Below are positions 24,996-37,700 of a stretch of 64,000 bases of DNA, piece by piece. The notes beneath the pieces are model-generated. The model was not told where the DNA came from. It was given only the letters and a program-made list of their open reading frames with translations, and made no database searches. The stretch comes from Kudoa neothunni (Eukaryota; Animalia; Cnidaria): contig OZ199838.1 of NCBI GenBank assembly GCA_964304625.1, positions 13,475,945-13,539,944 on the forward strand. The letters run 5' to 3'. The position numbers and the translations under genes were made by a program. How positions within the stretch are numbered: position 1 is the stretch's first letter; the number at the start of each line of letters is the position of its first letter.

Positions 24996-27900
24996 CCCAT
25001 TCAGGGTCCAATATTTAAATTTCCAAAAAACTAATAATCTAAGTTTAAAGTGGTATTTTAAAAATGCATCTAAATTATTATTGATTCAAAGTTATATTTT
25101 CACATGAAAATGTATGAATTATCAAAGGGCCGAAAAGGGAACGAAAACCTACCTAAGTGCGATTTCCTAATTAAACGTTATGCCATAGTGTACGCGAAAA
25201 ATAATTGGTTTTGTATCAATTAGAGAGAAAACTATTATTTATTATGAAAATCCAGTGAGCATTAAACACGATTATAATTTTTAAAATTTCGGCACAATTA
25301 GATAGCCTTATTTTCACAAATAACACTTCGTATCTTTTCTTCTTGGCGTTAGCACTCATAATAGGTCGAATACATATTGGCACAGCATGAATGTTTGTGA
25401 TGGATTATGATTTTTGTCAAAATAATTTCTACTGACAAAATTTACTACAATTTATCCAGTATGATTTAATATATTGTTTCTCTTTAAAAAAATGAGCATT
25501 TCTCAAAAATTAACTGCTGTCAGCAATATCATGCCGGTAAAATGAGGTCATTACCATTTTTAGAGCAATTTCTTATTTTGTAGCATGAGACAACTTCTTT
25601 ACGTTATCAACACCACCCATATCCTTGTTGTACATATGAAATTTGAGGCGGTTTGATCGACACATTGCGCCTTTTTGTCCTACAATGACGTGTTACATGT
25701 AGAATTGGTTCAACAATAAGTGAAATGCTAAGAAAAGTAACAGGTTTCGTACCATACCGTTAAATACAATTAACTTCAATTCTACCATCTAAGAAATATT
25801 CATAGTAGCCTTGAAGGTTTATCCTCATTAATTTTGAAAGTGTCATTGGATAGCTCGACGTTCGGTTCATTCTTACTGATCGGGTATTACTAACATTTCT
25901 GTTCAATTCAACCAACAATTTGCATGAGTTGAAAAAATGGTCAAAGTAGGCATGACATACCTCTATCCTTTGGCCCGTCGACAAACTTTAGCATGACATT
26001 TCCACCTTGGACAAAATTTTTGATGTGTATTTCAGTCATATATATATATATATATATATACATATACATTGAAAATATAAATACACCATCAGAAGGAGCT
26101 AAACCTCAATGTTGAATGTTTAAACCCGAAACGATCAGCTTTCTCTTCATATACATTTTTCACGATTCATGGTCAATATATGGGAGTATCTGTTCATCAA
26201 CAGATAAGATGTGAAAATATCTAAATTTATTGAAATTTTAGTCACCCTTCTAATTATCGATCTCGTCTTGAACAGCTTATTATCCTTATCAAGCCTAAAA
26301 TTATTATTATTATAGTAAATGTCCGCTTTTACCAATTATATTTTACACTCCATAGATTTTTTACAATTTCAACCCCTGAATCCAACGAAGTTTCTCTATA
26401 CAAATGCTGCCGAGATAGTCGATTGTATCGGGATATAGTAAAATACCGACAAAAGATTTAAATTCTTTTATGGTTAAGTGGAAAGATGACATTATAAACA
26501 ACGGTTACCCCTTTTATATTTTTGCTTAAATCTTTGTTTTTAAAAATTTTTGCCTAAACTTTCTCTAGTATAAAACGTTCGTTGAGATGGCTAGTTTCAA
26601 TCTATCTAAAAAAGGAAAAATTGATGACGAATGTCGAAGTTTCAATCACGAGTGGATTAAGAAGTATTTTTTCACCAGCATCAATAATAGGATGTATGTT
26701 TGATTTGCCGTGACACAATCGCTGTGTACAAAGAATACAACATGAAATTCCATTATCAAACAAAACATTCTAATTTTGGATGCAATTTGTCACAGGGAGA
26801 ATTGAAAAAGAAGGCATCTGATATGGCACAAAATTTAAAACGCCAGAAAAATTCATTTGGAAAAGCAACATTCGTACAAAGAGATGCAGCGATGACTATC
26901 TTTATACATTCCCACAAACTTGCAAAACATAACAAGGCATTCTCGGATGGGGCGTCTATTAAAGAGTGTTTTATGGATGCTGTCAATGTTATATGCCCTG
27001 AAGTCATCTCGAAAATTGAAGCTATTCCTCTATCACGAAGAACAATTGTTCGACGAATTGGAAATATTTCTCAAAACGCACAGGAAATTTTGTTATAAAA
27101 AATCGCCGACTTTGAGTACTATTCTATTGGTTTGGACGAAAGTGCAGATGCTACCGATACCGCTCAATTACTCATTTTTGTAACAGGAATTGACCATAAT
27201 TTCTAAATTACCGAGGAGTTCTTATCACTTGAAGAATACCAAAATTGGACAAGATTTTTTCGATAGCGTTATGAATAATTGGAACAGTTCTGGTTTAAGC
27301 TTGGACAAACTCACCAGTGTCACTACTGATAGAGCGCCTTCACTCGTGGGAGAACACTCTAGGCTAATAAAACTGGTAAACGATAAAATCAACGTAGATT
27401 TCCCATCGCGCAAAATTTTGTCATTTCATTTTATTATACACCAAGAAAACTTGTGTAAATCTTCATTGAAATTCAAGCATGTTTTGGACCCTGTAGTGTG
27501 TGCTGTTAATGTGATAAGATCAAGAGCTCTTCTACATAGGCAGTTTAAGAGCTTTTTAGAGGGCATTAAATCTGATTTTACAGATGTACTCTATTATACT
27601 AATGTACGATGATTAAATATGGATCCTGAAAACCGAAATTTCCCTCTTTTTAAACATAACGGACACTAGTTGCGATTTTGTTGATAAAATCAAGAATCAT
27701 GCATGGTTACGTGATTTCGCATTCGCTGTAGATATAATGGAAAAGATGAATGACTTGAACGCAAAATTACAAGGAAAAGGCTTATTTGCTCACGAGTTAT
27801 ATTTGGAAGGATTTCACTTCCAAATAAAACTCCAATTATTTTCCAATCAAGTTAAAAATCAAAACTTTGTCCATTTTCCGATTTTAGGTTAATCAAAAGT

Positions 27901-29060
27901 GACTTTACTTTGCTCTGTTCGCCTGTTACATGTGACATTGAAACACCCCCAGAAGGACTGCATTTTGAATTAATAGACTTGCAAGATGACATTTCCCTTA
28001 AAAAAATGGTCGAAACAAAAAATTTGATTAGCTTTTACTCTGCTCTCAACAACGATAAGTTCCCTAATTTGAGAAGTTTTTCTAAAAGAATGCTTGTTAT
28101 TTTTGCGTCAACATACATATGTGAGCAAACGTTCTCTGTAATGAAAATAAACAAATCTCAAAATAGAGCGATAATGACAGACTCCAATTTTCAATCGATT
28201 TTGAGTCTAAGTACAAGCTCATTAAAACCTGATTTTGAAAAGAATATTAACGATAGCTGCCAATTCCATAAATCACATTAGTTCTTTTTATTTAGTATAA
28301 TGTTTTTTATGATGTTTGTTTTTATTTGCTCGCGAATGAAAACTCACCTTATTAAATTAAACTATTATGGAAATTCTTTTAATTAGAATATTTTACGTTG
28401 TTTTTAAGAAGACAAATTATTTCAAATTTTCGGAATAAGGGTTATTTTAAAAGCTCATACAATTTGGAAATTTCTTCCTGTGTAAGGAATACTTAGGGCT
28501 GTAATAAGTAAAAATATTTAGGAAAATATCAAAATTTATTTTAATCAATGAAAACATACGTAATCGATAAAGAATGAGTTTTAAAACATTTTCCATCTTT
28601 TATCAGTACAAAAATCTATCTTTTATGGGTGCGGCCCGCGTGCCAAAAAAGTTTTCCCACCCCTGGTGTAAGCACTAGGTCAAGTGACCGATTAATTGGA
28701 ATTTCGCACGTCGGTGGATTTTAGTTCCCTTTTCGGTACTGTACTACATTGCTTATATTCCTTGACCCCTGTAACGGTTTGACCTATTTTGAAAAAATAT
28801 TATTTAGCTAACCTTCTAAAATTATAGTTTAGCTTGAGAATTTAAATTTGTTATTTCTACGAAAATACTGCCCTATTACTATCTCATTATACCATAATTA
28901 CTATATAGTACATAATCTCAAAAGATGTAGATTCATAATTATAATCTAAAATGAATTAATACATGATATATTATGACGCAATACTCATTGCCGAATTATT
29001 AAATTCTTAGAGAGGCCACAATGGGGGAGGGCCGAAAAAGGAACGAAAATCCGGAATGGG
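24996..29060 (-). mobile_element. Degenerate piggyBac element with a nested hAT transposon
   Basis: TTAA|CCCATTCAGG ... CCGGAATGGG|TTAA. Subterminal direct repeat GGGCCGAAAARGGAACGAAAA at about 25127 and 29029. Minus-strand transposase remnants: YFDHFFNS and HMYNKDMGGVDN (about 25603-25638). Confidence 0.8.
26500..28665 (+). mobile_element. hAT transposon of the Buster/SPIN/OC1 (GTF2IRD2-like) group; transposase pseudogene 26587-28281
   Basis: KKGKIDDECRSFNHEW..KYFF, PLSRRTIVRRI, LDESAD.TD.AQL, VTTD.AP, HFIIHQE, ASTYICEQTFS. Stops, frameshifts and deletions present. Right TIR GTTTTCCCACCCCTG followed by GTGTAAGC. Left TIR not recognisable, so the start is approximate. Confidence 0.9.
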
Positions 29061-30159
29061 TTAAGTACGTAGCGAGAGACAACTTTTAAGTATATAAAAT
29101 TATGTAGAATTATTTCCAAATTTTAACTTGGTTGAAAATGAAATAAGGTTTTCTATTGAAGTTCATTTTGGGACGTCCTCCGTATCAATCCTTTCATTAG
29201 ACGACTAAACTGACAACTTAACTATTAACTATAATGAAAAAAATGAGATTGAAAATTAAAAAAATTTTGGAACTTCCCAAAAAGATTAACTAATGTTTGA
29301 TAATTTGACAAAAATAATAAATTAAAGGTGATTAACGCAACGTTATAAATTTATGAATAAAATAATGCCATTAATTAAATAATGAATGTGCTTCTAAAGC
29401 CAAACAGGTACGAAAATAATTTACATCCTTCAGTGGACTAAGAGGATAATGAATCAAAAAACTAATTATACTAATTACTCCAAACTATAATAATACATTG
29501 AAGAAATCAGTTATATTGTTAGGCATGCGTAAGTACTCGATATTGTGCAACATTTCTTGGCCCCAATAAGTTACGTATTATCAAAACCTTACTGTATTAG
29601 TCAAAACTTGCGTTGATCAAAAATCTTAATAAATGGCAATAATTTAAAATCCAAATGTTTCCATTCGAAATAATGGTTTTGATATAAGTAGATAGTGGTA
29701 TTGAAAATAAAGTATGACATTATTTTGGAATGATACACGAAGAATGACGTAAGAGGGATTAGTATCATTGAATGGTATTCATGTTTGGCCAATTATTTGG
29801 GTGTTTGGGACAATGTAGAATTTTTGTTATAGTTATTGAAAAAAAAATTCCTCAAAATATTGATTTTTCCCCTTACTAAAGAAAAAAGGGGATAGACTAG
29901 GCGATAATTTAAGAGTTTTGTTATTTTACATATATATTTTGATCAAACTTCCCGAACAATAATTAATAATATTATCGACATACTTATTAAAAGTCTGAAT
30001 ATAATAACGTTGAAACGAAGTTTATTCAAACACAAAATTGGAACACTTTAACGTACGGACAATTAAACACCGGCCAAAATTCGCATTAATATTAGCTTAG
30101 ATTTGTTAGCTGTAAGCTTTTGAAGAGCAACAACACCAAGGAAAATCCTAAACAAATCA

Positions 30160-33067
30160 ATGGACGACTTCAACCAAAACGATGCTAATCTAAATGATGC
30201 CAGCGATAGTCAAGTAGATGAGAACCTAGCATCAATAGTAATTTGAGAATTCTCTCACTTGACTTGACTGGTTTTTTGTTAAGAAGTCAGCGGCCAACCT
30301 GCGTTCTTCGGAGCAAGTAGATAAACAGGTAAGATATTTTTAGGCAGTTAAAGTTAGTTAACAGCCATATAAATATAAATGTATTGTCTAACTGAATAGA
30401 CTATTACTGACTGTGTAATTGTTATAGTATCGATAACATTAAAAATGCAGTTGAATATATAGCGATAGAGCTGATTAGGAGATAAATTTAGAGATTTAAT
30501 TAGTTTGGGACATTTTATTTCAACATATCTATTTTAGATATATCATTTTTAATTCAAATTATTTTAATTGTAAAATGACTTTAGTCGATGAATAATTTGG
30601 ATAACAACGGGGAAACCGACACAGACGAATCAAAAAAAAAGCGAAAGTTTCGAAGCAAGCTGTTCAGTAAAAATAGTATAGATAAAACGCAACTGGTACC
30701 TATTTTTGAAAAATAAATCGTTATTGGAATGGTCTCTTAATTTCCGTCAAGAGTGAAGTGCAGAAGAAGAAAACAGGTTCTGTTTCAAACGTAACAAACT
30801 TAAACTCGATTGATGCGCAAGGTATAAAACATATTAATATTTCCTCATTAAAAATTAATAAAGATGCAGAAGAGGGAATCAATGAAATACAAAGACGAGT
30901 AAATAAAAGCATAAATCCAAGGGTTTTCATTTTCAAAAATCTTTTTAGAAAAGACCCCCGAAAAAGGAGTTTAGGAATACACATTCTATATATAAGATGA
31001 AGTCATTTGAAAGCGACGTTTTGGTGAGAAAGGAAACACTTTCCAAGATATTCAAAAAGGTTACTCATATGGTGTCAATAACTAAGCCGGACAAGCCCAA
31101 GATAAGGGCACGAAATTCTTTGTTTGTCGGGCGTAATTAATTATCAATCGGTTACATTATTTTCTTAAATTATATTGTTGTTTTATGTAGATAAAAAAGG
31201 TGATCAAGCTTGTTCCACTCATCACTGCTCGACCAACTCAATTAACCCTCCTAGCAATACAGTACTTTAAACGTATAAATGTTTTCCATAATAATTTACA
31301 ATTATTTTAGAAGCTAAAAAAATTTTTTTCTGTTCGAAGAGTATAACTTTTTATTTTGGTTGGCTTAATTGGGTTAATTTCACAGAGCAACAACGATATA
31401 TCTGAAAATACACCAGTCGATACGGATGGTAGCGGATTATCGACTGAAAATAAAACAATTGAGATAAGTCGAAACAGTGTCGATTATCTGTATATGAAGG
31501 TAGATTATTTTGTAACATCGTAAAGATTGTCTAATGATGATATAGGGAGATAGCATAGATATGGATCCAGCATCACAAACAGATGAAAATGTTACAATGG
31601 TCATTGTCAATTTGTCTACTTAGTTATATTTTAAGCATTTCATCTAGGGCTCTATTGAAAGGAATATTGGAATAGGTAATTTTTTTGGTTAATATTATAA
31701 TTTACGTTATTATTAAATAATAGACGCGTTGAAAAGAAACCTAAAATTAATCAAGTCCGAATTTCGTGTATTCCCAAACGAAAAGTAATTCAGTAAAAAT
31801 TGTCGAAAATAAAATCATCTAATTGATAGAAAAAGCTTGGCATTCACTGACAAAAATAACTTCCATAAAAAAGTAAAGCTTAAAAAGTCGTCTCTGGTAA
31901 TTTCATTAAGGTAACAACTAACATTATTCTCAATAATTCATGTGTATTGTGAGTTAAATTAGATCGTTTATCGAATTTATATCAGCTGATAATATGAACC
32001 ATATGTTCAAACCAATGTTGAAATATTTCTGCGAGGAGTACATTTCAAAACATCCTGAAAGAGCCGAATTAAGTAAAATTAGCCTTGTGGTTGGGGTTGT
32101 TTGTATGGGTTTTGTTGATTGATCAATGTGATAGAATCGAATGGTATTTATCGACTTGTGTGTGCTCTATTCGTACTGAATATTGTGAAACATTCAATGG
32201 TAGCTATTTTATGTGTGTGGCTATCCAACTTAACAATTACCTGGTTTTAGAATGAAAATATTTGTATAAAATCGAACGACTTTTTTATGTCGATCTTTTC
32301 GTTGAAGTACACCGCTTGAAATGTACAATAAGGACCTGCTTGTTCAATACTTTGATGAAATAGTAGCCGAACCGTTGTTCAATAAAAAGTGAACTTTTTC
32401 CGAATGAAACATACCGTAATGGGTTTGTTATAGGACGTTCTTATGGACCTCTATAAATCATCTGAAACTTAAATGGGATTCAACTCGTTTCGAATCTACA
32501 TCTACACTGTCTTTTGAGAACTTCAAAAGGATGGATAGCTACTGTGGATACCCACAGTTGTTGGCGGAAGATACCTTTGTAAAGATTCATAGTGTTAATA
32601 ATTTCTCAAATAATACAGGCAAGTCCATTTTGAATTTTTTTAATATTATTCTACAGTTGATTTTGTTGATAAAATTGCGCTAGGTTTTTTTCATAAAAAT
32701 TTAACTAAAGTTGCAATATTTAGATAAACCCAACAAGGAGTACAATGAATCAGATACCTCAAAAATTGATTCTATTTTCAACAAAGACGATCACGTATTC
32801 CATAGAGTCACTATGAAGTTGTTAGGACCGACTTTGTTGCTAATTAAATACACCGTAAGCCCCTCAATCTTGTCTGATTGTAAGCGTTAAACAATTCTGT
32901 AGGCTGAGGGTAGAAAAGAGGCTAAAAAATCCAACTCCACCCATCTCAAATGTATATCCTTGCACGATTTGGTAATAGCGTACAAAGATAACCAGGACGT
33001 CATGTCGAAATCGTCATTCCATATAAAAGTCAACGATTGCATTGAAATTGAATGTATAATGAGGTGA
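30160..33067 (+). CDS. Unidentified multi-exon gene with many short GT-AG introns; weak Rho-regulator or PH-like hints
   Basis: ATG at 30160 (MDDFNQND...) and a series of GT..AG introns of 40-55 nt. Segments NGIYRL and LLVQYFDEIVAEPLF are reminiscent of RhoGAP. Last exon ends CIEIECIMR*. I could not resolve the full exon chain. Confidence 0.55.
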
Positions 33068-34430
33068 ATGCTTAAATGAAATGAGATGGATTTATTTAAA
33101 TTTCGTTTAAAATTCGATTTTTAAAATATTTTTTATTCTCTTTTCTCACAAAAGTCGTGGTTATTCTCAATAATTTGGCACGTGAAGGAGATAAAATTCA
33201 TTAGCTTTGATAAATAATTATTCGATTAATTTTTGTAATAATATCCTGAACATTATTTCTTGGAAATTAAAGACTTAAATTGCAATATATTACATTAATT
33301 CCTAATTTTTTCGTTTCTCATTTATCAATAGAAAGATCAGTTAAGGTCAAATGTGTTTTTAATAAATTAGCCATTTTTTATTCGAAAAATAAAATTTATT
33401 ATATAAAATATAAAGATCTTTGTATAGCTGAATAATTATCGAGCAGATTAAATAATTAATTTAAATCATAACTGTTAAAATTATAACATTTTCGAAAAGT
33501 AAAATAAACTCATTCTATTGGATAATTTGAATGATTAATGCATCTTTGACAGTTTTTAAGAAACTTTCCAAAGAAAAATTAAATTAACTCCCGGAAATTT
33601 CCTCTAGTTACTCATTGAGTAATGCCCATTGAATAAATAAATTTTTTTCTCATGCATTGAATAGGATAACAATTTAAAAGCTTTAATTACTAAATAGAAA
33701 TTTAATGCAGTAGGTAACCGGTTGTATTAAGAATAATTTTCGCAGCTAATTATATAACCAACACAAAAAATGAATGTAATTGCCAAAACAGAGGTTATTT
33801 TTATTTTGAACAATTCATCTCAACTTACACGAATATTTTAAGTCCATAATAATCATAAAATACCTAAGTTTACCTTCATATGGCTAATGTGTCGAATAGA
33901 TAAATATATAACTATAACCAAGCATAATGATAATACTCCATCTCAATTCAATTAATTAACATATATTTATATATTATTATTTAGCGAAGAAAAATCATTA
34001 AAATGGATAAAATCAATTAACTTGGCAGCAATCGCATTTAGAACTCATAGTTTTAGGGTTGACGATCAACATAAGCTGTATGATCATTTAATTAGATTTG
34101 TTTTTTAAATATTTCTCTAGCCTCTTCCTCAATATTGAATTATATAACAGAAATTCTACGATTGACACACTGGTAAATAAATTTTGTGTTTCTTGAGTAT
34201 CAAGTAACTCATGCATTATTAAATAGGAAGATAAAATAAAACAATGCTTCATAAATGTAAAACTATAACAATTTTACAAATAATTCATTAATTGAACATT
34301 ATATAGATAATAAGATTTCAAAAAAGTCTAAAAACTGTTTTTGGATACCGCCCATCAAACACAACTGAGTTCAATGTAAAATCTACCATGGAAAATTTGT
34401 AGTCAATTCTAAACTTTTATATTATTGTAG

Positions 34431-34502
34431 TACTGGATTCGAGCCTACATCCTAGCACAGCATTTGGTAATGGAAACAGATTTACATAATTGAATGAGCT
34501 AA
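34431..34502 (-). repeat. Degenerate tRNA-derived (SINE-head-like) sequence
   Basis: A-box-like TAGCTCA and B-box-like GGCTCGAATCC on the minus strand; no intact cloverleaf. Confidence 0.3.
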
Positions 34503-34781
34503 TTATTTATTTATTCGCTTATTTTATTGTAGGTTGAAGTTTATAACACTTATACAACAACACTGATCAATTTGAAGCAGGAAGACCTATCGATCTGTAA
34601 AATGATTACACACATGGGAAATTATCACCCCGAAACTGTATTGAAAAAAATAAAAGATATGCATGATCTTTCAAAAAAGAAATTTAACAATAAAAATTAA
34701 AATCGTTTATATAATATATATTTGACCAATATTTTTTGATTGTTTTTGATATCCATACTTCAATATCGCGAGTGTATGAAT

Positions 34782-37700
34782 TTATTCAAGATATGATACA
34801 CCTCCCATAAATACTTGACCAGCGATAATCATAGAAAAAACTAGAACCATGTTTAATTGATATTTTCGTAGATTTTTGTTGGCCAGCTGCACACACAGAC
34901 CCATCACATGTGGGTATACACCCAAAAAACTTATGTATAAGAAAGCACCACCACATAACATCTCAATGTAATCTTTGGCGTTTTTGTTGAGATCACCCAA
35001 TGATAATGCAACCGTAACACCAAGGTGACAAGTCAAACATGAGATAACGTTCCAAAATATTGCTTTACACACCGAAAATCCAGAACCCACCAATATGGTC
35101 ATATCACCTAAATCATCGAATAAGTTGGCAAAATAGATATCAAAACTAAAATATTATAGATTCTAATGGAGTAATAAACAAAAAAACAAACAATAATTCC
35201 TTCAGTTACAATAGTTATATTATTAAGAGTTGTCGTGAACAGATCTATTACCTATTTCATGAGGGACTTCTTCGGCTATCACTGCAATCATAGTACTCCA
35301 TCCTTTAGGTAATGATGTAGCAAATGAGACTCCAATAGCCAATCCATCGATAAAATTGTGAAGCATATCTCCAATAATGATCATTATTCCTTGAGAATTC
35401 ACCATGGTGCCAAAACAACTCACACGATTAGAATCTACGTTCCCGTTGACATCAAATTTCTAATTTAACGGAAATATCGATTATTTTTTCAATTTTATGT
35501 TACAGAATGCGAAGTTTTACCTCCGAAGAATTAACAGAGGGGATATTTTCTGATTGAGGAATGGCGGCATTATTCTCACAGGTTGTAGAGTTATGATTGT
35601 GTCCGTCTCCGCATCCACCCCCAGCCACGTATTGAGGCAACTAGAACATATGTCCGATTACACTTCCAGCCAAAATTATAATAAAATAATAAGTTCCACG
35701 ATAGAATTAATGTTTATAATCTTCTATAAAAATTTGGAAAAACGAAACACAATTTATAAAATAAAAACAATTTAATAGTTTCTTAAAGTAAAGAAAACGG
35801 CTATTTTATTAAAATATGGTGTATAAAAGCATGTTTAACGCTTATTTATTTAAAATTCTGTAAAAACAGAAAAATTATAAAAAACCTTGGCTATTCAGAT
35901 TGCAGAATTTAGCATGTAATAAGATAATCACTTATTTAAAAAAAGAAAATGTCACAAGGTGATTTAGCGGCACCCACGACCACTATGAAAACCTCTATTA
36001 TTGATAAATGTATCGAATACTCGTGATTTATTAATTTTTCAAATTTGTATAAAAATATTCAATTGTCCTCCTAAAAAAATGTAATACAGTTTTTGCTTAA
36101 TAATGTTTTATTGGCAAGGACCATTATCGGATGTCACATCAAGTAGATAATATAAAATAATTGGATCATTCATATTTTGGTGTAACTTCAGTTTCATTTG
36201 AATTCATAAGCCTTTTTTAAATACGCCTTATTTCAACAAAATTTTTACTCAAATTTAAAAATAATTCACTATAATTGACTACCTAATTATTTAATGATAC
36301 GACATTAGCAAACATCTATTCGACTCCTACAATTTGAATCCTTGGGTGTATTTTTGGCTACAGTTAGTTACATCTGATTTATCATTACGTTATAGACACG
36401 TAAAATAATTAAGTTTTTCAGATTAAAAGGAATAAACTTCGCGTATTATCTAAATTATCTAAAAGGGGGAATAACTGCATTGAAAATAAGATCGGAGCGT
36501 GCAAGTGTAAATCCTGTACTAAACTTCTACGGATCGATTCAATAACTATTACCGTGAAATTGAAAAAATTAAAATTTCTCTATATAGCAAAATTTCACAA
36601 CGACATAATTAAGATAGCCGAATCGAGCTAGTTTGGGGATTACATGATGTATAGTTTCCCTCCTTACTTTTTGACCAATGTTGATAAACAGTTGTCTATC
36701 GTTTTCAAAAATTTGTATAAATAATCACAAAAGGTTTAATTTAAAATCCTTTCAGGAGTTCGAGGGAAGCTTTTTTAAGTTATCAATAGATATTTCGTTT
36801 CAACCTGATATCGAATAATAGGATAGTTCAACCATAAATTGTCTCAAATTAGATGAAGTTGACATTGCACAAAAACGCAAGGATAATTACTACATGAAAA
36901 CCAATGTAGAAGGAATATAATCTAATTCTTCAAAAGGGGTATATTAATTTGAAAAAAAAACATTTTACGAAATAAAGAATCATAAAATTACTTATTAACA
37001 AATTCGCAGGTCGAACTTTTTACTAAGTTAGATAATTTGGCATAGACTAAATACGTGGATATATCGTTGTGCGCGTACGCTATTATATTTCTCGATACGT
37101 GCGCAATTGCTTCTTCTCCCTGATTTTTGTTCGACAGAACATGTCAAAAATAAATTTAATAAATGTATAATAAGAGTTGAATAGTATGATAGAGTATATT
37201 CACAACACTAACGTTATTAAAAATTTCATCGCCTGATTAAAATATCACATAGAAACCTAGAACTAGAATGCTTACTTTCTCATCATAGATGATAGATTTA
37301 AGCTCGAACGATACATAATCGATAATAAAGTGATTTTTATGCAGATTTAAATAAGTCCGGATTAGATGATTAACATTATTTAGAAACTAGACATAAAAAG
37401 TAATATTTATTTAAAAAATTTTTACTAAGTAATAAATAAAACCCTTAAATTTATAGATAAAATAATTATAAAGCAAAAATAAAAGGAATATGTATAGATT
37501 ACGAGGAATACTGTGATCTTCGAATAAAAAAAATTAATTTTAGTTATTCGTAGTTAGTTAATTAATCACTTTCAAATGTGTGCACGATTCAACTATAATA
37601 CTTAGGTATACACAAGTAGGAAAAGCTTAATTTTTCCTTTTTCTCTCGATAGTGTTTTTTTTATTTATCGATGTGCGCGTGTGCCAATTATTATAAGTCA

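Noticed and set aside
26038-26062. (TA)n run; also poly-C at 23207-23219 and (ATTGT)n at about 40999-41018
   Set aside because: Ordinary simple repeats.
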